From contig OX597816.1 of the NCBI GenBank assembly GCA_951406725.2, positions 140,864,001 through 140,928,000 on the forward strand: DNA of 64,000 nucleotides, read 5' to 3'. Numbering within the stretch: the stretch's first letter is position 1; every line of letters begins with the position of its first letter. The stretch comes from Octopus vulgaris (lineage: Eukaryota). This document shows positions 52,956 through 64,000 of the stretch, piece after piece. The notes below the pieces were generated by a model. The model was not told where the DNA came from. It searched no databases and worked only from the letters and a program-made list of their open reading frames with translations. Both the position numbers and the translations under genes were made by a program.

Positions 52956-53444
52956 ATTTACATTTGATGGATATTTGTCCTCATCTTGTTTGTTGTTAAC
53001 ATGTTTTGGTTGATATACCCTCCAGCCTTCATCAGGTGTCTTGGGGAAATTTCGAACCTGGGTTCTCATTCCTAAGCTATTTTTTTGATGTTATTAGTAT
53101 TATTATTATTATTGCTATTATTATTCAGGTCACTGCCTGGAATCGAACTCACAATCTTGGGGTTAGCAGCCCGTGCTCTAAAGCACTATGCCATATGCCT
53201 GTGGGCATACGGCATAGTGGTTAAGACTGCAGGCTACTAACCCCAAGATTGTGAGTTCAATTCCAGGCAGTGACCTGAATAATGATAAAAATAACAATAA
53301 TAACAACAACAACATCGAAAAATACCTTAGGAATGAGAACCCAGGTTCGAAATTTCCCCAAGGCACCTGATGAAGGCTGGAGGGTATAAACTGAAATGTG
53401 TTAACAACAAACAAGATGAGGACAAGTATCCGTCAAATGTAAAT
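52956..53444. mobile_element. ~490-bp palindrome: head-to-head tRNA-like SINE units, each ending in a hammerhead-like motif
   Basis: Arms are reverse-complementary around ~53201. Each has GGCATAGTG(G) A box, GAGTTC(A/G)ATTCC B box, an (AAT)-rich linker and CACCTGATGAAGGCTGGAGGGTATA. Confidence 0.8.
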
Positions 53445-53855
53445 CATGATTATTATTATTATTATTACTCTTTTTTTTGCAGTTCTCATGGAGATTCAGT
53501 GTGACACAGAATGTGATAAAGCTGGTCCTTTGAATTACAGGTACAAATCATTTTTTGTCAGCTGAGTAGACTGGAGCAATGTGAAATAAAGTGTCTTGCT
53601 CAAGGACATGTGCTGCTGTGAATTGGCAGCTATTAAGCCATGCATCTTCACAGAACATTAGTAGATGATGTTGGAGTTTGATTGTGTATGACTTGATGCT
53701 AATTGGTAGAATGACCCATAATTGGATATGGTCTAGGATTTGTGTGTGCATGTATGTGTGTGTGTATGTGTGTGTGTGTGTGTCTGTGTCTAGCAGCAGT
53801 ATCATCCAAGATGTGAGAGCAAAGGAGGAATAAAGAAAAAAAGAAAAATACTTAC

Positions 53856-53996
53856 CAATCTTGGCGAAAAACTTGTTGTTTACCACGAAGGGTGACATAT
53901 CGATAAGCACATTTCCCAAGTTCTACAGGCTTTTTAAATCGTTGAATATAATCAAAGGATAACACATTGAAGTTGGTTGCTAGACACAAGACAATC
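53856..53996 (-). CDS. Uncharacterised protein, coding exon 2 (IVLCLATNFNVLSFDYIQRFKKPVELGKCAYRYVTLRGKQQVFRQD)
   Basis: T-tract + cctgtag| acceptor, |gtaagt donor, 141 nt, phase 2-2, open frame; absent from the ORF track. Confidence 0.85.
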
Positions 53997-54399
53997 CTAC
54001 AGGTAAAAAAAAAAAAATTGATAAAACTTCAGTATAAATAAAATTGATTTGGGTAGACAAAAGATTTCAGATTTATATAACAAAGGAAAATCATATTCTT
54101 TTATTTATTTCAGTCATTTGAGTGCAGCCATGCTAGAGTACCATCTTTTTAGTCAAACAAATTGACCCCAAGACTTATTCTTTGTAAGCCTAGTAGTTAT
54201 TCTATCGGCCTATTTTGCCAAACTGCTAAGTAACAGGGGCATAACACACCAGCATCGGTTGTCAAGCAATGGTGGGGGGACAAATACAGACACAAATACA
54301 CACAATCACACACACACACATAATTACAATATCCATGATAACCATCCAAAAAACAACAGCAGCAACAATTCAAATAATAAACTGAGAACACCAAGTGAT

Positions 54400-54920
54400 A
54401 ATAAAATGATAATATTGACAACCAAAATACCAAACAGAACCAATCCCTCCAGTGCCCAATGTACACAAACCAACAAAATAAAACAGTTATGCCCACACAG
54501 AGATAGATCCAGCTGCCCTTTGGATAGCCAATGTATAACTAAGAACGTGGTATACAAGTGCACTATAAACACTAGAAGTCCCCTACATATATATTGAGGC
54601 ATCATTCAGTTTTTTTCAAAAACCGATACCACAACCACATTGCCAGCTTTCGAAATATCCTTAAACAATGTGTAACATCACTGGCCAATTTTATCAGGAG
54701 GCTTAAGGAAGCAAAGACAAAATACGACCTTACATGGTCCATACTTAGACATGCGAGTCCCTACAACACTATATCCTGCAAATGCCAATTATGCTCTGAG
54801 GAGTCACTATTGATAATGCTAACAAAGGAGCGCATTATAAATAAATTCACTGAACAATTACCCAGATGCCTACACACAGCTAAACATACATTCACATATT
54901 ACAATCTAGACCATACATAA
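54400..54920 (+). mobile_element. Penelope-like element 3' fragment (Cys-containing GIY-YIG endonuclease)
   Basis: CPLDSQCITKNVVYKC...IY*G, then KNRYHNHIASFR...WSIL...PY...CQLCSEE...IN...RCLH; one stop and a frameshift. Confidence 0.85.
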
Positions 54921-55022
54921 CTTGATATATACATGTCGCCCACAGCTCTTAATACACCTGAACTTGAAGAACTATATTTGAATATCTTGTATTTGACATA
55001 TGATCTTGCAATCTAGATCCAT

Positions 55023-55154
55023 ATATGTATGTATATAATATATCTGTATATGTATGCATATCTATATGTATATATATATGTGTATATATGTGTGTATATG
55101 CATATATGTGTATGTGTATGTGTGTATATGTATATATATATATGTGCCTGTGCA

Positions 55155-55191
<37 letters not shown>

Positions 55192-55609
55192 GTATATGTC
55201 TGCATATTCATCTGTGCGCATTTGCATTTTTGTAGGTGTATGTATACATTAGTGTGAATTTGTGTATACATTTATGCGGGCATGTGTTTATGCGTGTATA
55301 TGCATACATATATGTATGCGTATGTGAATATGTATATGCGTGTATATATTTACTTATGTGTATACACAAGTGTATTAACACGCGTGTGTATGTTGAACTT
55401 TGCACAGACGTCTTTATTTTGCTTTACATAGGAATATATGCACATATTTCTGTATGCTATGTACGTATATTTATGTATATATACATGTGTACCTGCATAT
55501 ATGAATTCCTATACATATATATGCATGTATTCGTCCATACGTGTGCGTATGCGCGTGTATCTAGTTGTATGTACATACCCATATACTTGGATGTACCTGT
55601 GAGCACATA

Positions 55610-55645
<36 letters not shown>

Positions 55646-55831
55646 GTTAATCCAAACAAGAAAGCACAAAAAAACACAACAACGCGAGGACGTGAAACAA
55701 ATATAGTATTATTGGACGCTGAGGAAAGAAGGAAAGAAGGAGGGTTTAACGTTTTGGGCGGAGCTCTTCGTCGGAAACATAGGAGAAGGAAAGATCCAGA
55801 GAAGGGAAGACAGAGGAAAAAAAATCGCCAA

Positions 55832-55873
<42 letters not shown>

Positions 55874-56027
55874 GTTTGTATCTGTGTATGTATATGTCAT
55901 CCGACGAAACTCTGCCCAAAACGTTAAACCCTCCTTCTTTCCTTCTTTCCTCAGCGTCCAATAATACTATATTTGTTTCACGTCCTCGCGTTGTTGTGTT
56001 TTTTTGTGCTTTCTTGTTTGGATTAAC

Positions 56028-56061
<34 letters not shown>

Positions 56062-56479
56062 TATGTGCTCACAGGTACATCCAAGTATATGGGTATGTAC
56101 ATACAACTAGATACACGCGCATACGCACACGTATGGACGAATACATGCATATATATGTATAGGAATTCATATATGCAGGTACACATGTATATATACATAA
56201 ATATACGTACATAGCATACAGAAATATGTGCATATATTCCTATGTAAAGCAAAATAAAGACGTCTGTGCAAAGTTCAACATACACACGCGTGTTAATACA
56301 CTTGTGTATACACATAAGTAAATATATACACGCATATACATATTCACATACGCATACATATATGTATGTATATACACGCATAAACACATGCCCGCATAAA
56401 TGTATACACAAATTCACACTAATGTATACATACACCTACAAAAATGCAAATGCGCACAGATGAATATGCAGACATATAC

Positions 56480-56516
<37 letters not shown>

Positions 56517-56648
56517 TGCACAGGCACATATATATATATACATATACACACATACACATACACATATATGCATATACACACATATATACACATATATATA
56601 TACATATAGATATGCATACATATACAGATATATTATATACATACATAT
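55023..56648. repeat. ~750-bp near-perfect inverted duplication (55023-55775 / 55900-56648)
   Basis: Direct comparison; ORF-track translations of the two arms are almost identical on opposite strands. Confidence 0.95.
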
Positions 56649-59201
56649 GTTTGTATCTGTGTATATATATATATATACATATGTTTGTATCTGTGTATGT
56701 ATATGTACATCTAAGCACAAACATAAAAAAATTTTCATCTAAGTATTATTTTCCTTTCAACTTCTACATCCTTTTCTTTCTCTTAACAGTTACAATAGCG
56801 AAAGCTCATTATGTCATTTTATCTAAACTAAAATGTATAATTTTCATGTTCATATTTGAATTTTTTTGTATTTCAATCATTTTTCTCTGTTTTTTTACTC
56901 ATTCTCAAATTTGATGGACATATAGCGGTACATTAGCTGAATCAGAAAATCTATAGTGAGACCTTTTATTGATGTACCCGAAGAGACCCAGAATGGATCA
57001 AAACATGTGTTGTACCCAATAAAATCTTTTACTCATTCCATCTATCTTATTAATACTGTTACCCCAACTGCCACTACGAAGTTCCTGCAATAAATCTACA
57101 GATAACAACAGGTAATTGAAACTGTGCCAGTGCTTTACTGATCATTTATTTATACATTTTGTATAATTTCCCCATTATATATATATATATATATATATAA
57201 CGGGCTTTTTTCAGTTTCTGTCTACCAAATCCACTCATAAGGCTTTGGTCAGCCTGAGGCTATAGTAGAAGACAATTGCCCAAGGTGCTCTGCAGTGAGA
57301 CTGAACCTGAAACCATGTGGCTGGGAAGCAAGCTTCTTACCACACAACCACTTCCATGCCTGTGATTTTTTTTCCAAACCTGTTTATAAAATATTGAGAA
57401 ACAAAACCAGTTTACTGGTCCAAGTTTACTATCAACCTAAATGGTGCAATGAGAAAGCTTTTGCATATTTGCTCAACCTCTTACAAATAAAATCCAGATA
57501 TCTTTCATGTCACATCCTATAAAAAGGAAAGATACATTGGACCGTGTAGTCCTAGACACACAGTGTCTAAAACAATTTAGAAGGATACCTGATTGGAACA
57601 CCTTTTAACTCAATGCAGACAGACCTGTGGCTTAACAACAACAATCAATAACTTAGTGTTCTATCATTAATTTCTAGCACCAATAATTACTAAGTTAAAT
57701 GTGAAGTATGTTACTGAAAATGGTAAAACAGTGATCACTATATTAGATGGCATATAAGATGCATTTATTTTCCAGACAAAATCAACCTGGGTCCTATATG
57801 TTTGGTTGGGCCTCCCATAAGCTTTAATGCAGTAAAAAAATATCTTTTTCTTGAAGCTCCACTGTTGAAATTGAGGGCACATCTAATATGCCTGTGAGTA
57901 TTTTATGCCATCAAATATAGTAAATGCCCAATCAGTATTTAACTTGGAAACTCTGTTTGGAACTAAACTCTTTAGCATTTACTCAGGCCATATCTGTCCA
58001 AGATTTTCTATCTGTTTTATGTTCAAGCCAGTCACATCTGGCCTCTCACATCTACCCAACAATGTTACTGCAAAAAGAAACGATCACATCATTGAAATCT
58101 CAAAGCTACAAAATAATGCATGATTAATTCAAAACAATATGAATAAATGGCTTCAAATTTTGGCACAAGGCCAGCAGTTTTGGAGGAGGGAATAAATTGA
58201 TTACATCAACCCCAGTGCTCAACTGGTACTTATTTTATTGACACCAAAAGGATGAAAAGCAAAGTTGACCTCGTTGAAATTTGAATTCAGAACATAAAGA
58301 CAGACAAAATGCTGTATAGAGTTTTGTCTGGGATGCAAACAATTATGTCAGCTCACCACCTTTTTGAATAAATGTGAATAAATAAACAATGCATTTCACT
58401 GTGTTATCTTAGTGCTAAAGGCTTCAATTTCTCAAACTTTAACTTTGGTTTTTATTACTCCAGAGTGAATAATATATGCACTAGAAATCTCATCATCAGT
58501 ATCATTTTTATCTTCACTTTTTTTTATGATGGCATGGGTTAAACAAGACTTGTTGAGGTAACATTCAACAGCCAAATGCTTTGTCTATCACTGATACCCC
58601 TCCTTGTTTTCAAGTTAGTTACATTAGCCTATGACTTCCCAGGAACTGCCAAGCTGTTTCTATAGGCCATATTTTGTGTTTATCTGAGACATAAACACTG
58701 TCAATGCTAGCTGCATTGTGTCAGTGCAAAACATGCAGGTACAGACACCCCTAACTCCTTACACACACACACACACACACACTCACACATACAAATGTAT
58801 AAATATTCACACACACATACACACACACGCACACACATACACACATTGAGGAAGCTATAAGTTGATACTCAAGCACTCAGCTCTGAGTGCATTGCTTCAT
58901 ATAGCAGAAACAATTATAAGCTGACGAAGTTGGTTATGTAATTCCTATTCTCTGTACTTGCCTGATACTTTATTCTAAAGCTATGTATATTGAGTTATAG
59001 CAACAGGTTATTAGTATTACTATGTCTAATATGACTATTAAAATATGTATTTGTATTATTTTTATTGTATTACCTATTGATTTATATAATGTTTTGTTTG
59101 ATTTTGATGTTCTCATTTGTATAATTAATAAATAATGTAAAATTGTAATATCCGTAAATTGATGAACGAGATGAATTTGTTTCTCCATTTTCTTATTTGT
59201 A

Positions 59202-59241
<40 letters not shown>

Positions 59242-59243
<2 letters not shown>

Positions 59244-59635
59244 ACAGGGTGCGTAAGATATTTGAGGAGAGATTTATGTTTATAAAAAACAGATATATAA
59301 TAACAGATAACTTTATTTATCAAAAAATGCTATGAGAATAAAAATAAACCTTCTTTTCTATTATTTTCATTCAATAAAGCCACCTTCAGCTTCAGCAACT
59401 GCTTCTGTATGAGATCTAAATCATCTACATGCTCAAATTAAGTGGTCCTGGTTCATTTTGGACATTACTCTGACTATGCCACCTTTCAAAGAATCTTTGG
59501 TATTATGGGCATGTTCTCCTGCAACAATGTTCCATATGTAATAGTCTAATGGATTGAGATCGGGGGAATTAGGAGACCAAATGGTAGGAGTTGTGTGATC
59601 ATGAAAATTTTCAGCCATCCATTCCTGTGTTACTA
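59242..59635 (-). mobile_element. Tc1/mariner (maT-like) transposase 3' fragment with TIR
   Basis: WSPNSPDLNPLDYYIW motif and TA|CAGGGTG terminus. Confidence 0.8.
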
Positions 59636-60349
59636 GATGTGGAAATTTTACCGTTAAGTGTGTTAAATTATAAGGCACCAAAAGAGAAGGACTCTCCCCA
59701 GACACAACAGAATATGCTTCAACACACAAAAACCTCATAAAGAATCTTGTAAACCAAATCCCAAAACGAAATATATATATATATATATATAAATTATTGT
59801 CAAGAACACAGTATTTCATTCTGCAATCAATATATACCACCAAGTATATTATATGAAATTTATCTCTATAGAATTGTAGAATTTCGAACAAGCATTGCAA
59901 GTTATGATGTTTCATATAAAACATTGTATCTTGCAGTGCTGGCTCTGAATCATATAGGAAATCTATAAACTTAAATGTATACATATATATATTCCTGTCG
60001 AATTTTATCCCTAATTTTGTGGTTATAGAACCGAGCTGTTCTTTCTAGCATGTTGAATCACATGAGTGGATTCCTTATGTGTTTAAATGTACGCTGTATC
60101 TTATGACTAATACATAGTCTTTTGGACTAAATCTTTACACGTTAGACCACTGGAAATGTAAATTTTAATTAATTTCCATTTCCCTTTGATATGATTAAAT
60201 GTATGTATGTATGTATGATGTATGTATGTATGTATGTATGTATGTATGTATGTATGCATGTATGCATGCATGTATATATATATATATATATATAACATGC
60301 ACACACACAGATATATATATATCTGTGTGTGTGTGTGTTTGTATGTATG

Positions 60350-61065
60350 AGCAAATTAGCTAGTTAGAAAATCTCTATAAGAGATGAAATCAGTAATTAT
60401 ACTGAGAAGTATATTTATTGCTACTTAAACATAGCTGTTCTGAAGGAACTGACATTACTACTATTTTTAATCCCAGGAGGACGCCACCTCCAGCTAGTTA
60501 TACAACGCAATCTGCACCTGATATATATTGCAAGCAGGAGTAGTGAACCCCAACCATCTTCTAGTCATGAGACTACTAGACTGTACAAGTTCGACCTCTT
60601 TGTCATCATCCTCAGTGGTGGATACTCACTAGTTAGAGATAGCAATACTTCACTCCAGCTTACAATTATAGACAACCAAGTCACTGATCTTGCAACAAGC
60701 AAATTAGCTAGGTAGAAAATCTCTATAAGGGATGAAAGCAGTAACTATACTGAGAAGTAATGTTTATCATCACTAAAACATGGCTGTTCCATAGGAACCG
60801 ACATTACTGCTATTTTGAACCTCAGGAGGATTCCTCCTCCAGCTGGTTATTCGTTGCAATCTGCACCCAATATATATTGCAAGCAGGGGAGTGAACCCTT
60901 ACTATCTTCCAACTAGCTAATCTGCTTCTTGCAAGATCAGTGACTGTGTGTTGTTTGGTTTTCTATATATTCCGAGCTGGAGTGAACTACTGCCATGTCT
61001 AGCAGGCAAGTATCCACCACTGAGGATGACTACAGAGGTTAAAACAATATGGTCTGGTGGTCTTG
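60350..61065. mobile_element. Direct + inverted partial-repeat element with two hammerhead-like motifs (PLE pseudo-LTR-like)
   Basis: 60350-60565 is repeated at 60698-60915, and 60566-60711 is inverted at 60913-61065. Hammerhead-like motifs at 60573-60621(-) and 61014-61060(+). Confidence 0.7.
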
Positions 61066-62595
61066 TATTCCGTCCAACATAAATACCTGGACTCATGCTT
61101 TCATGTGTGTGCAACAATGCAGTTAAGCTTCTTTGCATACGACTTATTCCAGTCCGTACCATGTGCCAAAAGTTAAACTGAAATATATATGGTCTTGGAC
61201 ATACTGGAGAAACTGAAAACTGTCAGCATTGATCAACTTAAGCAGGCTTTTATTGAGTCAATACCCCTACCACAATAATCTTCCTCCACATCCACCACAC
61301 TAGAACAATCCAAACAAGAAAATATCACATTATCCAACAACATAGCACATCACACAGACAAAGTAAGCAAAAGTGGCAGATGAGTCCATTGATCAGTTAA
61401 GTGCATCTGAACGTAATCTGAACATTCACATGATGTCTTAGAAATAACTTCTACAAACACAGCACAGCTTTTCTCAGTCAGCAATTGTATTATTAACAAC
61501 TTTCATTGTAAATAGCCAAGACAAATATCATGTCTGGCAATAAACATTAAGGTTGAAAATTCATGGGTTTCCTTCATGAGCTCAGTTATTATTCATGTAG
61601 CCAACGACATTCTACATGTACACTATAACAACGGTGATAAAACCATCCATTATGACAATGGTGATTCAGAAGTTTAAAATATATTGTCATTAACTGTGTT
61701 GAAATGAGCAACCAAGCTCCACCACAACACATTTAAAGTGCTTTCTGTTCCTCTGAAATAGCTAACAGCATACTTTTCTCACTTGTACCCACTCACTCTA
61801 CTCATCTCTCCTTATTCTATCATCCACACTGTGTCTAATTTCTATACCTTGCACAAACACCTTTTCCAGTTTTTCCCACCAAAGTTGTAACCCTCTTGTA
61901 TTCCTTCACTTATGTTTTCCCTTTAGTCCTTTTGTTCCCAAATTTCTACTGAAATGCATTGCCTTTGTTTTGATTAAATTTGAAAATAATAAAAAATTTA
62001 GTAAAAAAAAATGTTGTCCTTATTAAGCTGATGTTTGGAACATAAACTAACAAGAAATTTTCATGGAAGGTTTTAATTTAAATCACTTTAAAACAAGAAG
62101 TTTGTATCACAGAATCAACAGTGGTTGGAATTCTTGCTTAAGCACCCCCATATAATCCTTCATAACTAAAATTTCCACTCTTTTTGAATTTTAAAATCAG
62201 AGTTTAAAATACAGACAGTCTGAACTTTTTGCTTAAATCCCAGTAATGGAGCACTCTTGGGGCCATTATCATTCCATTAGATGTGTTTACGGGGAAAAAA
62301 ATATTGAAAAACATCAGTACATGTTAGAATGATAAAGAAACAAAGAAGGTATCAGGTGGTCATGAGATGTGCTAAAAACAACAGGGAAATTGCCCTTAAA
62401 TCACGTACACACAAAATTTTGTTTTTTTTTCCATAATCATATGAATTTCTGTGTACAGATCACAAATGTGCAAAAGATTTTCTGAAAATTCCCAAAACAT
62501 AAAGAAGTTATGAGGGGTTATATGGGATGCTTAAACCAGAATTCCATCCAAGAATGTTCTTAGGTGATTTGGTATCAAAAGGGTTAAACACTGAC

Positions 62596-62714
62596 CTAGA
62601 AGTGTTCAAGCTGAATATCAACCACACCAGTATCACAAGTCTGGTGGTGGCAGCTACAAAGGGCATGGTTATTTTTGCTATTCTTCTGGTTAATATACCA
62701 TAGAATGGTGACAT
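62596..62714 (-). CDS. Uncharacterised secreted-type protein, coding exon 1 (MSPFYG...MPFVAATTRLVILVWLIFSLNTSR)
   Basis: Acceptor cttttcttccactgcttgcag| (exon begins 62720). In-frame TAA immediately precedes ATG 62714; a second ATG at 62666 has ACCATG context. Hydrophobic stretch, then donor TAG|gtcagt in phase 2 matching the next exon. Confidence 0.7.
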
Positions 62715-63649
62715 TTACAACTGCAAGCAGTGGAAGAAAAGTGTGTTGTGTTTCACTGGTATAATGTACCTTTATATTAGCTATGGTCATACATCAGCAT
62801 GTCCAAAAATTAAAGACATTTAGTTTTAATGCCAAGTAAATAATTAAATTGGAATATTTCCATGTAGTTATTCAAACTTGAGATATCTGATGTTATTCAA
62901 AATGACACTTTGGTTTTATAGTTTCTATGTAGAGAGTAAATGGGGAGGAACTGATCTCTGATAGATAGTCTTTGAAAGCAAAATGTATGCATATGAATGT
63001 GTGTGTGTGTGTGTGTAAGAGAGAGAAAGAGAGAAACTAAGTATTTATGTCCACTTGAGTTTTCGCCTTTTTGACTTTTATCATCATGAGGATGATAAAA
63101 TCAAAACCAGACAAAATAATACACTCTATAACTGGCTAAAAATCTTAAGGAGTGGTACCCTAGCATGGCAGAGTTACAATAACTGAAATTAGCAAGAAAT
63201 AGAATACACTAACATATGCAATACACACAAACACTCACGCACATATGTATTGATTTTTGTTTTTATCTAAAGCTATATGTAAAAACAATTTAACATTATA
63301 CAATAGGATTACTCAATACTTTTTAGTGGAGTACATATTTATTAACTTTTACGAAAAAAAGGTTGTCAATAACTTCATCTTTAGGATATTAGAATGTTGA
63401 CTTATTTATTCATCAAAACGACAACCATAATAACATACATATATACATTCTAAAATTCAATACATATAAGATAAGAATAAAAGAGGTTATTAAAAAATGG
63501 TAAAATATTTCTTTACCTTCACCCATAAGTAAGTTTATTGCATTGCAATTAAAAACACTTGTGTATTAATAATTTGGGTATTATACCAACAGTATATTGG
63601 ATAAATATTATCCCTTAGTGGGTTGGATCCACAACCCCTAACTTACTTG

Positions 63650-63705
<56 letters not shown>

Positions 63706-64000
63706 TATCATCATCATTTAACATCCATTGTCCATAATGGCATGGGTTGGATGGTTTGACCAGAGCTGGTAAGCTGTAGGGCTGCACTAGATTCCAGTCT
63801 GATTTGGCATGGTTTCTATGGCTGGATGCCCTTCCTAACGCCAACCACTCCAAGAGTGTAATGGGTACTTCTATGTGTAATGGATGCCAGTTGCATGACA
63901 CCAGTATCTACCACAACTACAATTTCAATTGGCTTAATGGATCTTCCTTCTCAAGCACATCATATTACCAAAGTTCTCTGTCATTTGTCATTGCCTCCAT

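Noticed and set aside
53204-53275. Functional tRNA gene
   Set aside because: A and B boxes are present but there is no proper acceptor stem; it is a SINE-like head embedded in a repeat.
54949-56914. Numerous Y/I/C/V/H/T-rich ORFs (also at 19-26 kb, 40-43 kb and 60 kb)
   Set aside because: These are translations of (TA)n/(CA)n-derived microsatellite sequence.

Overview
AT-rich, microsatellite- and repeat-dense eukaryotic DNA. The SINE, RTE-LINE and mariner repertoire resembles an octopus (coleoid cephalopod) genome; this is an inference from repeat families. Two convergent spliced genes are visible. (1) The 3' end of ZNF598 (ribosome-collision E3 ligase) on +, with exons 408-498 and 4641-6672. 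(2) A 7-coding-exon gene on - (62714 to 26694), assembled by hand with GT-AG boundaries and consistent phases. It encodes a ~416-432 aa protein I cannot assign to a family, with a signal-peptide-like N-terminus, N-glycosylation sequons, a furin-type RSRR site and a basic tail. The rest is mostly decayed mobile DNA: RTE LINEs with a PHD-like finger, R4/Dong-like and CR1 fragments, mariner/maT relics, piggyBac-like and hAT MITEs, a Helitron, tRNA-SINEs and Penelope-like (GIY-YIG) fragments. The most unusual non-coding theme is a set of unrelated short elements built as palindromes or direct+inverted repeats that carry hammerhead-ribozyme cores, one with back-to-back tRNA-like Pol III heads. There are also several local rearrangements: a ~750-bp inverted duplication, a templated insertion flanked by a 40-bp duplication, and a 1.67-kb tandem duplication between repeat tails. 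Most short ORFs in the track are microsatellite or transposon noise. No database searches were possible.
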